From Octopus vulgaris (Eukaryota): a DNA stretch of 64,000 nt. The first letter of the stretch is position 1, and each line of letters begins with the position of its first letter. The DNA lies in the NCBI GenBank assembly GCA_951406725.2, contig OX597830.1:22196001-22260000 (forward strand), given 5' to 3'. The notes under the pieces are model-generated. The model saw only the letters and a program-made list of their open reading frames with translations. It was not told the origin of the DNA and ran no database searches. Shown here piece by piece: positions 11,200-52,972 of this stretch. Position numbers and translations under genes: made by a program.

Positions 11200-14170
11200 C
11201 TTCTTGGATCCTTTTGGATGTTGTCACAGATTTGAAAACTAAATGAAAATTTACAAATTTGGTATACTGGTGTAATTTGTCACACAGAATCAGAATTGGC
11301 GATTCATTTATTCCAAGATTAAAAAAAAAAATTAGACCTTGCAGAGGTCCGAAGTTGATCATTTTTAGCCAATCAGGAAACAGGAATTGGCAGCCTCGCA
11401 TTTTCTGCGTCATGTGATAATTGTCTGGTGGATCCGTCCTTAGGCGATGAAATCAAAAGTTAAGAAGTTTTAATGAATAAAGTCATGTGAAAAAGGCATG
11501 TAAACAACTAAAGAAGGATAATTCCTCGATGCTTTTTGCGAATAATCAAGAAACAAACTATAGATTTCACATTTTTTTCAATTTTCTTTTAGTTCTTTTC
11601 AAATTTGGCATAACGATTTCGTTTTGTATGCTATGACAGTGGAATTAATCAAAAATTGATTAATAAAAAGTTAATACCTTTTAAAAGTTTGCAAATTTGA
11701 GGTAATTTTAACCAATCGACAGTCATCACTATACTCATGCACATAAATGTCACTTTGGTATTTGTTTCCATAGTAACAACCAAACCTAGTCTCATCCAGT
11801 CTGCCCTGTTTTTGCGTGCAAATTTGACACTTGCACCGCCACAAGTTTTCACGAGCGATATATGGCAGTCGGTTGTTCGAGGAACAATAATTTCCTAATT
11901 GGTTAATGTTTACTATAACTCCCGGTCACCAAAACAAACAATGAAAAAGTCCAATAGGTATAAAAAATGTGTAGAAAACGAATATGAAAATAAAAATTTG
12001 CCCAAAACGGATGGGAGGCAGGGAAGATGATTTGGGGAAAATTCACACGATCCGATTTTTTCCCTCATAACTTTCAGGAAAATGGATATCTTTTAGTGAA
12101 AGTTTATACAAATACCTTTCAAACGGCATAGATTATAATTATAAAGAAACTACAGAAATGTTTTCAAATTTTTGTCCGAATCATAATGTCCGTATTTTTC
12201 CGTATATTTAGAAAAAAAAAAAAATCTTCAAAAAAAGTTTTACAAAAATTGTTGGAAATTTTTTTCCGAATCATAATCTCTGTATTTTTCCGCATATTTT
12301 GAAAAAAAAAAAAAAAATCCGGAAAAAGTAGAAAATGAAGGAAAAGTTGGGTGGTAATTTGAAAATGCCGATTTTTGTGAATTTTTTTTGCAGATTCGTA
12401 TTTTCCGTAGCCGAAAAGTGGGTGGGTAGGGGGATCGAAAAAAATTTTTTTTAAGGATGGTTGGATGGGGGACGGGCGGAAGTCTTGCTAAATGGAAATT
12501 TTTTTTTATTAATGCTTATATTCCACCAACGAAGAACGCATGATCCATTGGTATTAAGTGGGGAGGAGGAAAAAAATCATAAAATTTTCCAAACGGTTTT
12601 TTCATAGAAAGATGTTTCCCATCATTTTGAAGGCCCCCATCAAAGCGGAGAAATTCCAACTTGTATGGTCTTCTTGGTCCGAAACTCCTCTGCCCACCTT
12701 TTTGGAAAGAGTTTCCCCCACAAATTTCTTTATACTCGTAATCTATGCTGTTTGAAAGGTATTTGTATAAGCTTTCATTAAAAGATAACCATTTTTCCTT
12801 AAAGTTATGAGGGGAAAAACCCGGATCGTGTGAATATTCGCGAATCTTCTCCCCACCCCTTCGGAAAACATTTTCCCCACAAATTTCTTTATAATCGTAA
12901 TCTATACCAGTTCAAAGGTATTTCTAGAAAATTTCATTAATGTCCATTTTCAGGAAAGCTATGAGGGAAAAAAATCGGACCATGTGAATTTTCCGAAAGT
13001 CCTCTTCCCACAACCCTCATACGTTTGCGCAAATTTTTGTTTTTATATTCGTTTTCTACAGGTTTTCTTTCTTTTTTTTTTTTTTTACACCTATTACACT
13101 TTTTTGTTTTGTTTTGGTGACCGGGAGTTAAAGTGAACATTAACCCTGAGTTAAAGTAAATATTAACCCAATAATTTTCTGTGACTTGTGGTCGTCCTCT
13201 CACATTCCACAAATTGCTGGGTACAATTTTCGACATAGGATGATGAACTTCAGTGTTGAGTTCATTAACTTGAAAATATAACCCATACATAAGCTGAAAG
13301 CACATAAATCTCTCTAAAACGACACGGTGGAACCCAACGTTCCATGGTCGACTCGTGTTTTTGCGAGTATGTGAAGCGGGAGAAAATCGTAATTTCTTTG
13401 ATAAACTCCAAGTAACATTCGTTTTTGAATTTTCGAATTATTTACATGAACTAGTAATGCTTCGATTATGATCTCAACCTTGTTATTTTCTTCCAGCTGA
13501 TTGTTCGGCAATTTCCGTAAAGAATTTTTATTTATTTACTGTCGAAGCCGGTATTTATTTTGAAGTCGGTGAGGGAAGTGAAAATAGAAGCACACGTGAG
13601 ACACACTCGTGTATATGAAAGTTAACGGGTGTAACGTGTGACAGCATGTTCAGCTTTAGGTATATGTATTCACTCATACATGTATGTACTCCCATTATCT
13701 TTCATATACACGTACATACATAAATACATTGTACGGGTGTTTTAATATTCAACTCATGACATGAAAACCAATCGGTGTGCGTCTGACCGCGCGCGTTTTA
13801 CTCTTCACTTCCTTCACCGACTTTTACACAAAAAAATTTCGTCGAGGTTTCCCCCTTTTTCAGTTGTTTACATGTTCGACCATTCGTTTTACATAACGTC
13901 TTTCAATAAAACTTATTAAAACTTCGTACAACTCTCTTCGTGTTTTACTTTCACAAATAATTATCTTATCACGCAGAAAACGCGCGACTTCACATTCCTG
14001 TTTTCTGATTGGCTAAAAATGATCAAACTTTGTGACACTTCTCTGATATTTTTCTACAATAAATAATTCAATTCAGATTCTACGTAACAAATTACAGCGA
14101 AATATCAAATTTGAACATTTCCACTTCGTTTTAAAATGTCCAAATCTGACAACCACCAAAATACGATTTC
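11200..14170. mobile_element. Long-TIR DNA element (possibly Mutator-like) containing a nested foldback element
   Basis: Diverged inverted arms of about 340 bp at 11200-11540 and 13825-14170 (e.g. GATCATTTTTAGCCAATCAGGAAACAGGAAT vs ATTCCTGTTTTCTGATTGGCTAAAAATGATC). The family assignment is weak. Confidence 0.6.
11901..13145. mobile_element. Foldback/MITE element with about 250-bp inverted arms
   Basis: GGTTAATGTTTACTATAACTCCCGGTCACCAAAACAAA at 11901 is mirrored by TTTGTTTTGGTGACCGGGAGTTAAAGTGAACATTAACC ending 13145. An internal subunit of about 160 bp is tandemly repeated at 12710-13020 and also seen at about 10260-10420. Confidence 0.75.
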
Positions 14171-14285
14171 CGCCTTGTGACAAAATTGTCGGGAATGTAG
14201 AGTTCCGTAAAAGAGTACAAAGCTCGAGGAAGAAGGAAGGGGGGGGGTCTCTTAGGAATATGACGGATATTAAGGTTTGACGCTT

Positions 14286-14299
14286 GTGCCATCTGGTGG
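14286..14299 (-). promoter_or_regulatory. CTCF-like motif in the SAFB promoter
   Basis: The reverse complement CCACCAGATGGCAC matches the CTCF core CCASYAGRKGGCRS. It lies about 160 bp upstream of the ATG and is retained in the duplicate promoter. Confidence 0.55.
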
Positions 14300-14454
14300 T
14301 AACACTAAAAGAAGTAGCCTCAACGTCACCACGGATAGAAGGGAGTTAACTGTTGTATAGCAAAATATTAAAACAGAATTGCGTCCTAACCAAGTTTCTG
14401 CTTCAACGTGAAACCAGTGGATTAAACAAATCTCGACATTCACTTACATATATC

Positions 14455-45177
<30,723 letters not shown>

Positions 45178-45619
45178 AATCCGAACTGAGGACTGAGGTC
45201 TGAGTCCTGTTGAAGTGTTTGATTTGGAGGGGCAGAGGGAATCTCAGACAGATAATAAAACCCTGCCCTCCAGCCAATATATCATCCACATCCTGCATTC
45301 CATTTGTCACGTAGTGCTTGGTTCTTGGACATCCAATCATATTTCTGTCCTTCCATATTTTAATGCATGCACACACACAGACACACACAGATATATATAT
45401 ATATATATACATACTGCCTTCTCCCTATCTTCACTCTACTCCAACATTACTGTCTTAATATATTTATTTCTTTCATATTTGTTGCTATATTTTATTACTG
45501 TTATTCCCGACACACACTTCCCACAGTTGAATATATTAATGGAAAAGGAGGGGTAGGAGCCCAGATACATTGTATTCACTAAAGTGGAGGAGAGGGGAAG
45601 AAGAGCAACCACAGAATGT

Positions 45620-45668
45620 AATAAAGAAGTGAAGAGACCACATAGAATTTAATATATGGAGAAATAAA
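45620..45668 (+). terminator. Candidate polyadenylation signals of SAFB
   Basis: AATAAA at 45620 and 45663, followed by a T/GT-rich downstream tract. Confidence 0.45.
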
Positions 45669-46814
45669 TTTTATTCACTATAAAACAATCGCAAAGTATT
45701 TTATTTGTCATTTTTATTTAGTCCGTGTGTATTCCTCATGTTTGTATTTCTTTCTATATTTTTTCTTTACCTCCTATGCCTTTGCTCTATCATTTTTTCA
45801 TCTTTTCTCTTTCTCTATTTCAACATGTCACTGTTTGTTTTCCTTGAAGCTTCTAGTGGAAGTCAAAATGTTCGTTTTTGTTATCAGCTTAATTTTCACA
45901 ATAAGTTTATTCACCCACTCAAACAGATTCCTCCTGTGGTGGCCTCATCCAGAATTGCCACATCTTTGTTCACAGGTTGCAAGACCTGTCTTTTTCAGCT
46001 ATGAGCTGCCACTCAACCCTGCACACACTGACAGTCCTGTATGCAATATTGGCAGAGGGTTTGGACAAGCAGGCCTAGCTGGAAGTATGAATGCATAATG
46101 TCTCACAGTCTTGCGTTTGAGGCTTTCAATAATACCTTGGAGGCTTCCTGAGGTAACATTCACATCATGGGTAAAGTTGTTCTCTAGTCAGTTCAAACAA
46201 ACTCTGACAATCATCTCAAATAAAACACCTACAGTGGCTTTTCCTTACGTGCAGGATATTAATGCTACCATCATTCAACAGATACAGCCCAGTCCAGAGG
46301 ATACAAGTCAGTTCACACTGTCATTGTTATTATCATTCAATGTCTATTTTCAGTACTGGCATGGGTTGGATGGTTTGAAAGGATCAGAATGCCTTGGGTG
46401 CTTTTCTTGTGACACTGGTACTAGAGACGTCACCAACTTGCAAAACGAAATAAAGAAAGGAAAAATCCCCCTCGACTGAGTAGGAGTGTGTTTGAGAGAA
46501 GGGGAGGTGGCTTTATGCCAGATGTTGAAGGCTAAAATATGATAGAGAGACAGGCGTCTTGCTGTAGAGGAGATAAATGGCCATCACACATGCAAGGATG
46601 GGTGAGAGTTGCTGGAAGGGAGATAAAGATATTGGTGACGGGGTGCCAGAGCATACTCTCAAGGTACAAGAAGATGAGGATATGATAGTATATAAACTGT
46701 GGATCAAGGCTGGGGAAGAAGATGGCTAATTTCATAAGAGTGTAGAAGGAATCTTTGCAGATGGGTAGAAGCTGGGATAGAGGTAAATGTAGTTGTATGA
46801 TTTCTGGTGACACT

Positions 46815-47115
46815 GTATTTTAATTCTCTTCAACCCACCGGTACCCCTCATGATCAACTGAAATTAGGAGCATCCAATGTATTTCAAAATTTGAATACAC
46901 CAAAACTCTATGTAATAATACAAGATTACCTGTCAAAACTCTTATGTTCTATGTGATTGAAGCCATCATTCTGACTTGTGTTGAAAGGGTTGTTTCCATT
47001 CCATGCATTACTCGGATATGCCATTTCAGCTTAAACACTTTCAGGATTCACTGTATTTTTCTGTGGCCATTGATATGACACATGGACAGTAGCTCAGGAT
47101 TGCTGGAGTTAAACT
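46815..47115 (+). mobile_element. Second Helitron PIF1 fragment
   Basis: Degenerate NSLQPTGTP, LCNNTRL.VK, VIEAIILT and DMPFQLK motifs parallel 4380-4690. Confidence 0.6.
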
Positions 47116-47869
47116 GACAAGTCTATTTTTCTTTCATGATTTTCTTTAAATTACATGTCAACATGATGTACCAAGCACGCATCTTTACATGAGAGTACCA
47201 ACTGCAGAAGAAGAGTTGTCTTCTCCAGGGCTTGTTGCTGAATAAAACACATGCATTAGGATTGTGTCAGGTGGACACTAAAGAGGGAACGGTTTTGTTA
47301 TCCAGCTCTGTTTACGAGTGATCCCTCAGTTTATGACCACACACGTGTATTTGTTTACATTTGAAGATCGTCACTTTCCGTAAAATTTTTATTTTTTTAT
47401 ATATGTGGGGGAAGGGTATCTTTTTTTCTCATAAATAACAGTAACAAACTGATATGACACCGCAAATAATTGTTGTTGACAAACAACCGTAGAAATTGTA
47501 TTCACCTCATTAGACGTCATTGATTGGTTGAAATTGCCGAAATGCAAGAAATTAAACAACAAATAGCTTACAAACTACAGAATTTTCTCAAGAAAGCCAA
47601 GAGAAAAAGATGTTTTATGTAACACATTCTACCAGTATACGAAGTTTAAAAGTGTTTAGTTACAAAGAAATTGTTTTAAAAATCTGTCGGCCAAAGTGAA
47701 AAGATCCGAATTTAGTAATTACATATACAACACTATATATAATTACAAATATAATACAAAACCTGATTCATATATAATACAAAACCAAACAAAGAAGAAA
47801 AAAAGCCAGAAAACGAGAAAGAAAGAAGGTATAAAACACCAGTTCAACATTAGGTGTTTCAATTGGTCG

Positions 47870-48320
47870 CACACTACAAGGTTCAATGGAACCTACTGAA
47901 GCAAGCCAACACACTCACGGAATTAGCGCGGGCGATGGCGAAGCTAAGTCATTGGAACAGCCAAGCACTTCTCACAGGCATCACTTGACATCACGACGGT
48001 AAAGCGAATCGCCAACGATAATAAAAAAACTTCGTTGTTAACGGCCCAGCCCCTCCAAATGTCTCAAACACCTCCGGCTGGAATAAGAGGTTCGCCGACA
48101 AATCCCGATACATAAGGATTTTGTTCCGTTCGGCTATGGAAGCAGTGACACTCCCATTTACCGCAGTATCCATTATGTGGGTAGGAGCAAAGGAGTCACT
48201 ACCTGTCACGTCCTAGATGGGGCAAACAATAAGACTATCTGGTCTCTTCCCATAACTTCTGGATAGTCCTGTCGGCTCCAGAATGGAAAGGATATGAACT
48301 CGAGCCAAGGTCCGCTTTGT
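47870..48320 (-). mobile_element. CRE-like (restriction-like endonuclease) non-LTR retrotransposon 3' fragment
   Basis: - strand SILEPTGLSRSYGKRPD, DVTGSDSFAPTH, AERNK...Y and FQP..FETFGG follow the RPD...D...E..K..Y RLE pattern. Confidence 0.7.
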
Positions 48321-48586
48321 GTTTAAAAATAGTTATTTTTATAAGAGTAGTTTTTCTAACATATCTTTTACTTACTCCTGACATGCAGGGACATCACATT
48401 GAAGAGTTTAGTCGAACAAATCGACCCGAGTACCTATTTTTTAAATCTTACACTTATCCAATAGCAATTTTGCTGACCCAATAAGTTACAGGAGACGTAA
48501 ACAAATCACCGGTTGTCAAGCAGTAGTAGAGAAACCAAAAAAAAGAGAGAGAGAGAGAAAAAAAAACTCACACAGATACATATGGT

Positions 48587-49134
48587 GGGTGAACCTTCGG
48601 TGTAAGTACCGGATACATTTCAAAAAAGTAGGGTTTTTTTTATATATGGGGGGTTAGGGTTAGGTGTGGGAGAAAAGGGTTTCTGTTATCTTCAGAAATG
48701 TAAACAAAGTCACGTGTGTACATATACCGAAGCATCGCCCATATGGTGGGGCTTTAGTCGGGCCAGGCCATAATAGAAGACACGTGCCTGAGGTACCGTG
48801 CAGTGTCATTGAACCCGAAGCCAGGTGGTTGTAAAGCGAGTCTCTCAAAAACACAGTCATGCTGTTTTGTGTTTCTATGAAAAAAAAAAAACGAGTCCGT
48901 TGGACTGTATCTCAATTATAACCAGTTTCCTGTTACAGTTCCCCGTCTTACGACAAGATTTTCAAGAACTCGGAGGGCGATGCTTCGGTATAGGTACACA
49001 CGTGACTTTGTTTACATTTCTGAAGATAACAGAAACCCTTTTCTCCCGCCTCTAACCCTAACCCTAACCACCCCATATATAAAAAAAAAGGACTTTCTTG
49101 AAATGTATCCGGTACATATACCGAAGTTACGCCA
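48587..49134. repeat. Two inverted copies of a ~155-bp MITE containing TTAGGG repeats
   Basis: 48587-48740 is the reverse complement of 48975-49134. Each copy has its own imperfect TIR (GGGCGATGCTTCGGTAT...ATACCGAAGTTACGCC) and a short (CCCTAA)n tract. Confidence 0.85.
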
Positions 49135-49248
49135 CTCGGAGTTCCCTAAGGTGAGTCTTGACTGCAATATGAGCAAGAATTGATTTTATTAGGAACCATA
49201 AAGGCCAAACACAGGAATGTGACAGTCGTGCTTTTGAGTTTGGCACTT

Positions 49249-49262
49249 GTGCCATCTAGTGG
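49249..49262 (-). promoter_or_regulatory. CTCF-like motif in the duplicate SAFB promoter
   Basis: The reverse complement CCACTAGATGGCAC also matches CCASYAGRKGGCRS. Confidence 0.55.
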
Positions 49263-50689
49263 TCACCACAAAAGAGGCAGTTTCGACGTTACGATAGCCA
49301 GAAGGGAGCTAACTGTTGTGTAAATAAATATTGAAACTATTGATTGCGTCCTTAAGTTTTTGCTTCAACGTGATATCAGTGGATCAACAAGTCTCGTCAG
49401 TCACTTATATATATATATAATACATCATACCCCGGCCAGTGATAAGTTAACAGATCTCAGGGTTGTGGATCTCCGCAGTGAACTGGGAAAACGAGGTCTG
49501 GACAAGACTGGAGTATAGGCCGTGCTGTTGGAACGTCTGGAAAAGGTAGGAGAGATCTTATAATCAGCGACGGTGTTTATGTATAATATATATATAAAGG
49601 CATAGTAGTATATAATAGATATAATAATGTTTGGGTTTCGTGAACCTTCAAAACCTCTTGTAAAAATGTCAAGCCAACATTAGAAGAAAATTATGTTTTC
49701 ATTGTGAGGAAAGTCATTGTAGCCGTTTAAAACACAAACCGTTATAATGACTTTTGTTTATATTTCATAAAAGCATAACTGATTATTTGTTACTAGTACT
49801 TCTTCGTTGTATATCTACCCCTGGTAATCAGTCCCCATCTCACTATTTACGTGAATGTAATGGAATATAATATCAGTTGTAAACGGACGGCGAAAAACTG
49901 ATGCGCAATGACGAAGTTTCGAAACAAGCTCACCCACATAAGTTTTTATTTTTCTGTTTTCCCCGGGAGTTTTGAAAGTTTATATGCACCATGCAAATGC
50001 TTTTATGAAAAAAAACTTGTTTGGAAATTTATGGTTTCTTATCCCCTTTCTACCGGACAGATTTTTCACACACACCCCCCATCCTTTTTAGGAGAAGGTA
50101 CGATGAAAGATGAAGTCGACTTTGGCGGTATTTGAACCCAGAATGTTAAGAGCTTCAGAAATGCCGCTAAGCATTTTTATCTGGTGTGTTAACAATTCAA
50201 CCAGCTTCCTGATAAATAGAAAGTCTAGCGTTATATATCATCATCATATAATAAAAGCATTTCTTTATTTAGATGTGCACATTGGAACTCACGAGGTAAC
50301 TTAGCTACCAGGTTACAAGATGACTAAATTTCACAAAGTATTTTGAAGGAGGTTACACTTTAGTTTTGCCTCCAACGCAAAATAAGTGTCAAATTCAATT
50401 ATTAAAGGGAAAATTTTTAAGTCACTGATATGAAGCAATTATTCAGGTGCTTAAAATGATATGCATATATTTTTGTAGACAAAATATCTATAAAAGTATT
50501 ACTTTACTTCAAACTTAACCGAACATTTTGATATCAGATGAGAGCGATTAAAATAAACTATTTAAAATCATATTTCATTTATACTGTTGTAGTTTGTTGC
50601 TTGTCTTCATATTTCGATAAAACCTGGTTTGGTTAACGAAAACACAAATGATCCTCTTTACATTTATTTAATCGTCTATGAGCGTTCAG

Positions 50690-51990
50690 TTTTCATTCAG
50701 CTCTACCACTTTGCTTGGCCAACTTATCGGGAGCTCTCCTACTTCTGCTTTGGTGACCATCTCATCCCATCTACCTCTGGAATCCAACAAAGCGATAACC
50801 TCGGACCTGCTCTATTTGCACTTGCTATCAGTGACGGTAACAAAATGGGAGCTGACCTAGACTTGAATGTCTGGTATTTTGACGATGATTGTTTGGGGAC
50901 TTCCTTGACAAGGTCCTTGTAACTGTGAGGATGATGATTGAGGAACTCGTGGAGGCCTTAACATCAACAGTTCCAAATGCAAGCTCTGGCTTGCATTCAG
51001 CTTCACATCAGCAGACTGTTAACCTATTTACAGATTCCTTCCCCTCTATTGCGGTTCCTCCCTCATCAATGTGGTGCTCTTTTGGAGCCCCAATTACTGA
51101 CCAAGCTTCTAAGTTCATCCATTCATCTAAGATAGCTAACCTTGAGCAACTATTACTAAAACCTTGAGGCAGTTGAGTCCCATCAAGGTTTTTTTATACT
51201 TCAGTTATTGTACTTTCTCAGAGTTAGTCCTTGTAGATTTTCATCATCTCTCTAGTGCTTTGATGACCTAATCTTCAAGGAAATCAAATGTTTGGTCAAT
51301 GTCAGACTCCTTCAGGAGTCCTGTGACCAGGCTGCTTTGTCCAAACAATTTCTGTAAGTGCTCATCTCTATTTCTTCTCTGTTTTCTTTCCTCCATCCAT
51401 GCTTGCTCCCATTTGGTAGGCAACATCCTCTCCTTTCTAACATGGGCTAGTTCCAACAGGGAGATGGATGAAGCTCTGCTACAGTGGAGAGAGATGGGTT
51501 TGTCAGTTCCTGATACAACTGAGGATTGGTGGAAGCAGATAGTATGGGATAATCTGCTCTGCATTCAGATGCTACATTCAACCCTCTCTTTAATCAATCT
51601 GATCGATTTTCAAGGTGTTGCCTACTTTCTGCAAGTGCAAATTCTTGAGTGACTGGAGTGATGCCCTGCCTGTGGCCAACATTGGTCGTATACTCAGTCT
51701 AGATGAGCTCTGCATCTCCATTGCACTCAGAGTGGAAGCTGATGTCTGTTGGGATTGAGATGTTGCTGTGGTAGACTCCTCAACTCCATAGGCTTTATGG
51801 CTGGTCTTACCACATAAATGTTGGTTGTTTTACTTGTCACGCCAAACTAAACTTTATCATTGAGTCCTGACTCTGCTTAATATCCCCTCAAAAGACAAGA
51901 TGGTGTTATCCTTTATCCCTGTGTTAGAGGTAGGTGCCTAAAATTGGGATGTCACAGTTTGTGACTCCTTGTCATCATTGTTAGGTGATG
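50690..51990 (+). mobile_element. Decayed CRE-like non-LTR retrotransposon
   Basis: STSGIQQSDNLGPALFALAI and LNVWYFDD (cf. GVQQGDPLGP / WYLDD), with downstream KRQDG and WDVTVCDS RLE-like motifs. Confidence 0.72.
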
Positions 51991-52544
51991 CTTTGAGGGT
52001 GCTTGGCTGTTCTTCCAGCATTTTAGTCTCACTATCACCCATGGTAATGTCGCGAGTGTGTTGGCTTGCTTCAGTAGATTCCGTTGAACTTGGTGGTGTG
52101 CAACCAATTTAAGTACTTAGTGTTGAATTGATATTTTTTCCCTCTTTCTTCCTCTTTTTTTCTTCATTTTTCTTGCTTTCAATGTGTCATATATGCAATT
52201 ATTAAATTATCTAAATTTTTCAATAAAAAGTTTAACTGTAAAAACAAGTTTTTTAGAAAATATTAACAGGGTATTGGACAACCAAAGATTTTTATCACTT
52301 CTTGTCACAGTCGTTATCTAATCAGTAACTAACTAAACTGTGCATGAAAAGTCTTGTCATTAATTTATTATTATTGTATAAAATAAACTTGTCATTCAAA
52401 GCATAGTATTTTTCTTAATAAGAACTATGTTAGGGATGGTTTCCTCAGTATTTTACAGAATGTTTTCGATCGACTTGTTTGACAATAGGTGGGTCACGGC
52501 TTGCTAGTGAATCAGTCAGGTGTTCTCTGTGGATTTGGGACTAT

Positions 52545-52905
52545 TACTCTTTTACTTATTTCAGTCATTTTGACTGTGGCCATGCTGGAGCACCGCCTTT
52601 ATTAGAGCAAATCGTCCCCAGGACTTATTCTTTGTAAGCCTAGTACTTATTCTATTGGTTTCTTTTGCCAAACTGCTAAGTTACGGGGATGTAAACACAC
52701 CAGCATCGGTTGTCAAGCGATGTTGGAGAGACAAACAGACACACACATATATATATACATATATACGACAGGCTTCTTTCAGTTTCTGACTACCAAATCC
52801 ACTCACAAGGCTTTGGTCAACCTGAGGCTATAGTAGAAGACATTTGCCCAAGGTGCCATGTGGTTGGTAAGCAAGATACTTACCACATAGCCACTCCTGC
52901 GCCTA
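52545..52905 (-). mobile_element. tRNA-headed SINE / composite SINE
   Basis: Near-identical to 2568-2956. Confidence 0.7.
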
Positions 52906-52972
52906 TTGCTAAAAGAATTTTCAAATTTAGTGTATTTGTAATCCATTGAGCAGTTGATGGGTTTAGAGAGTC

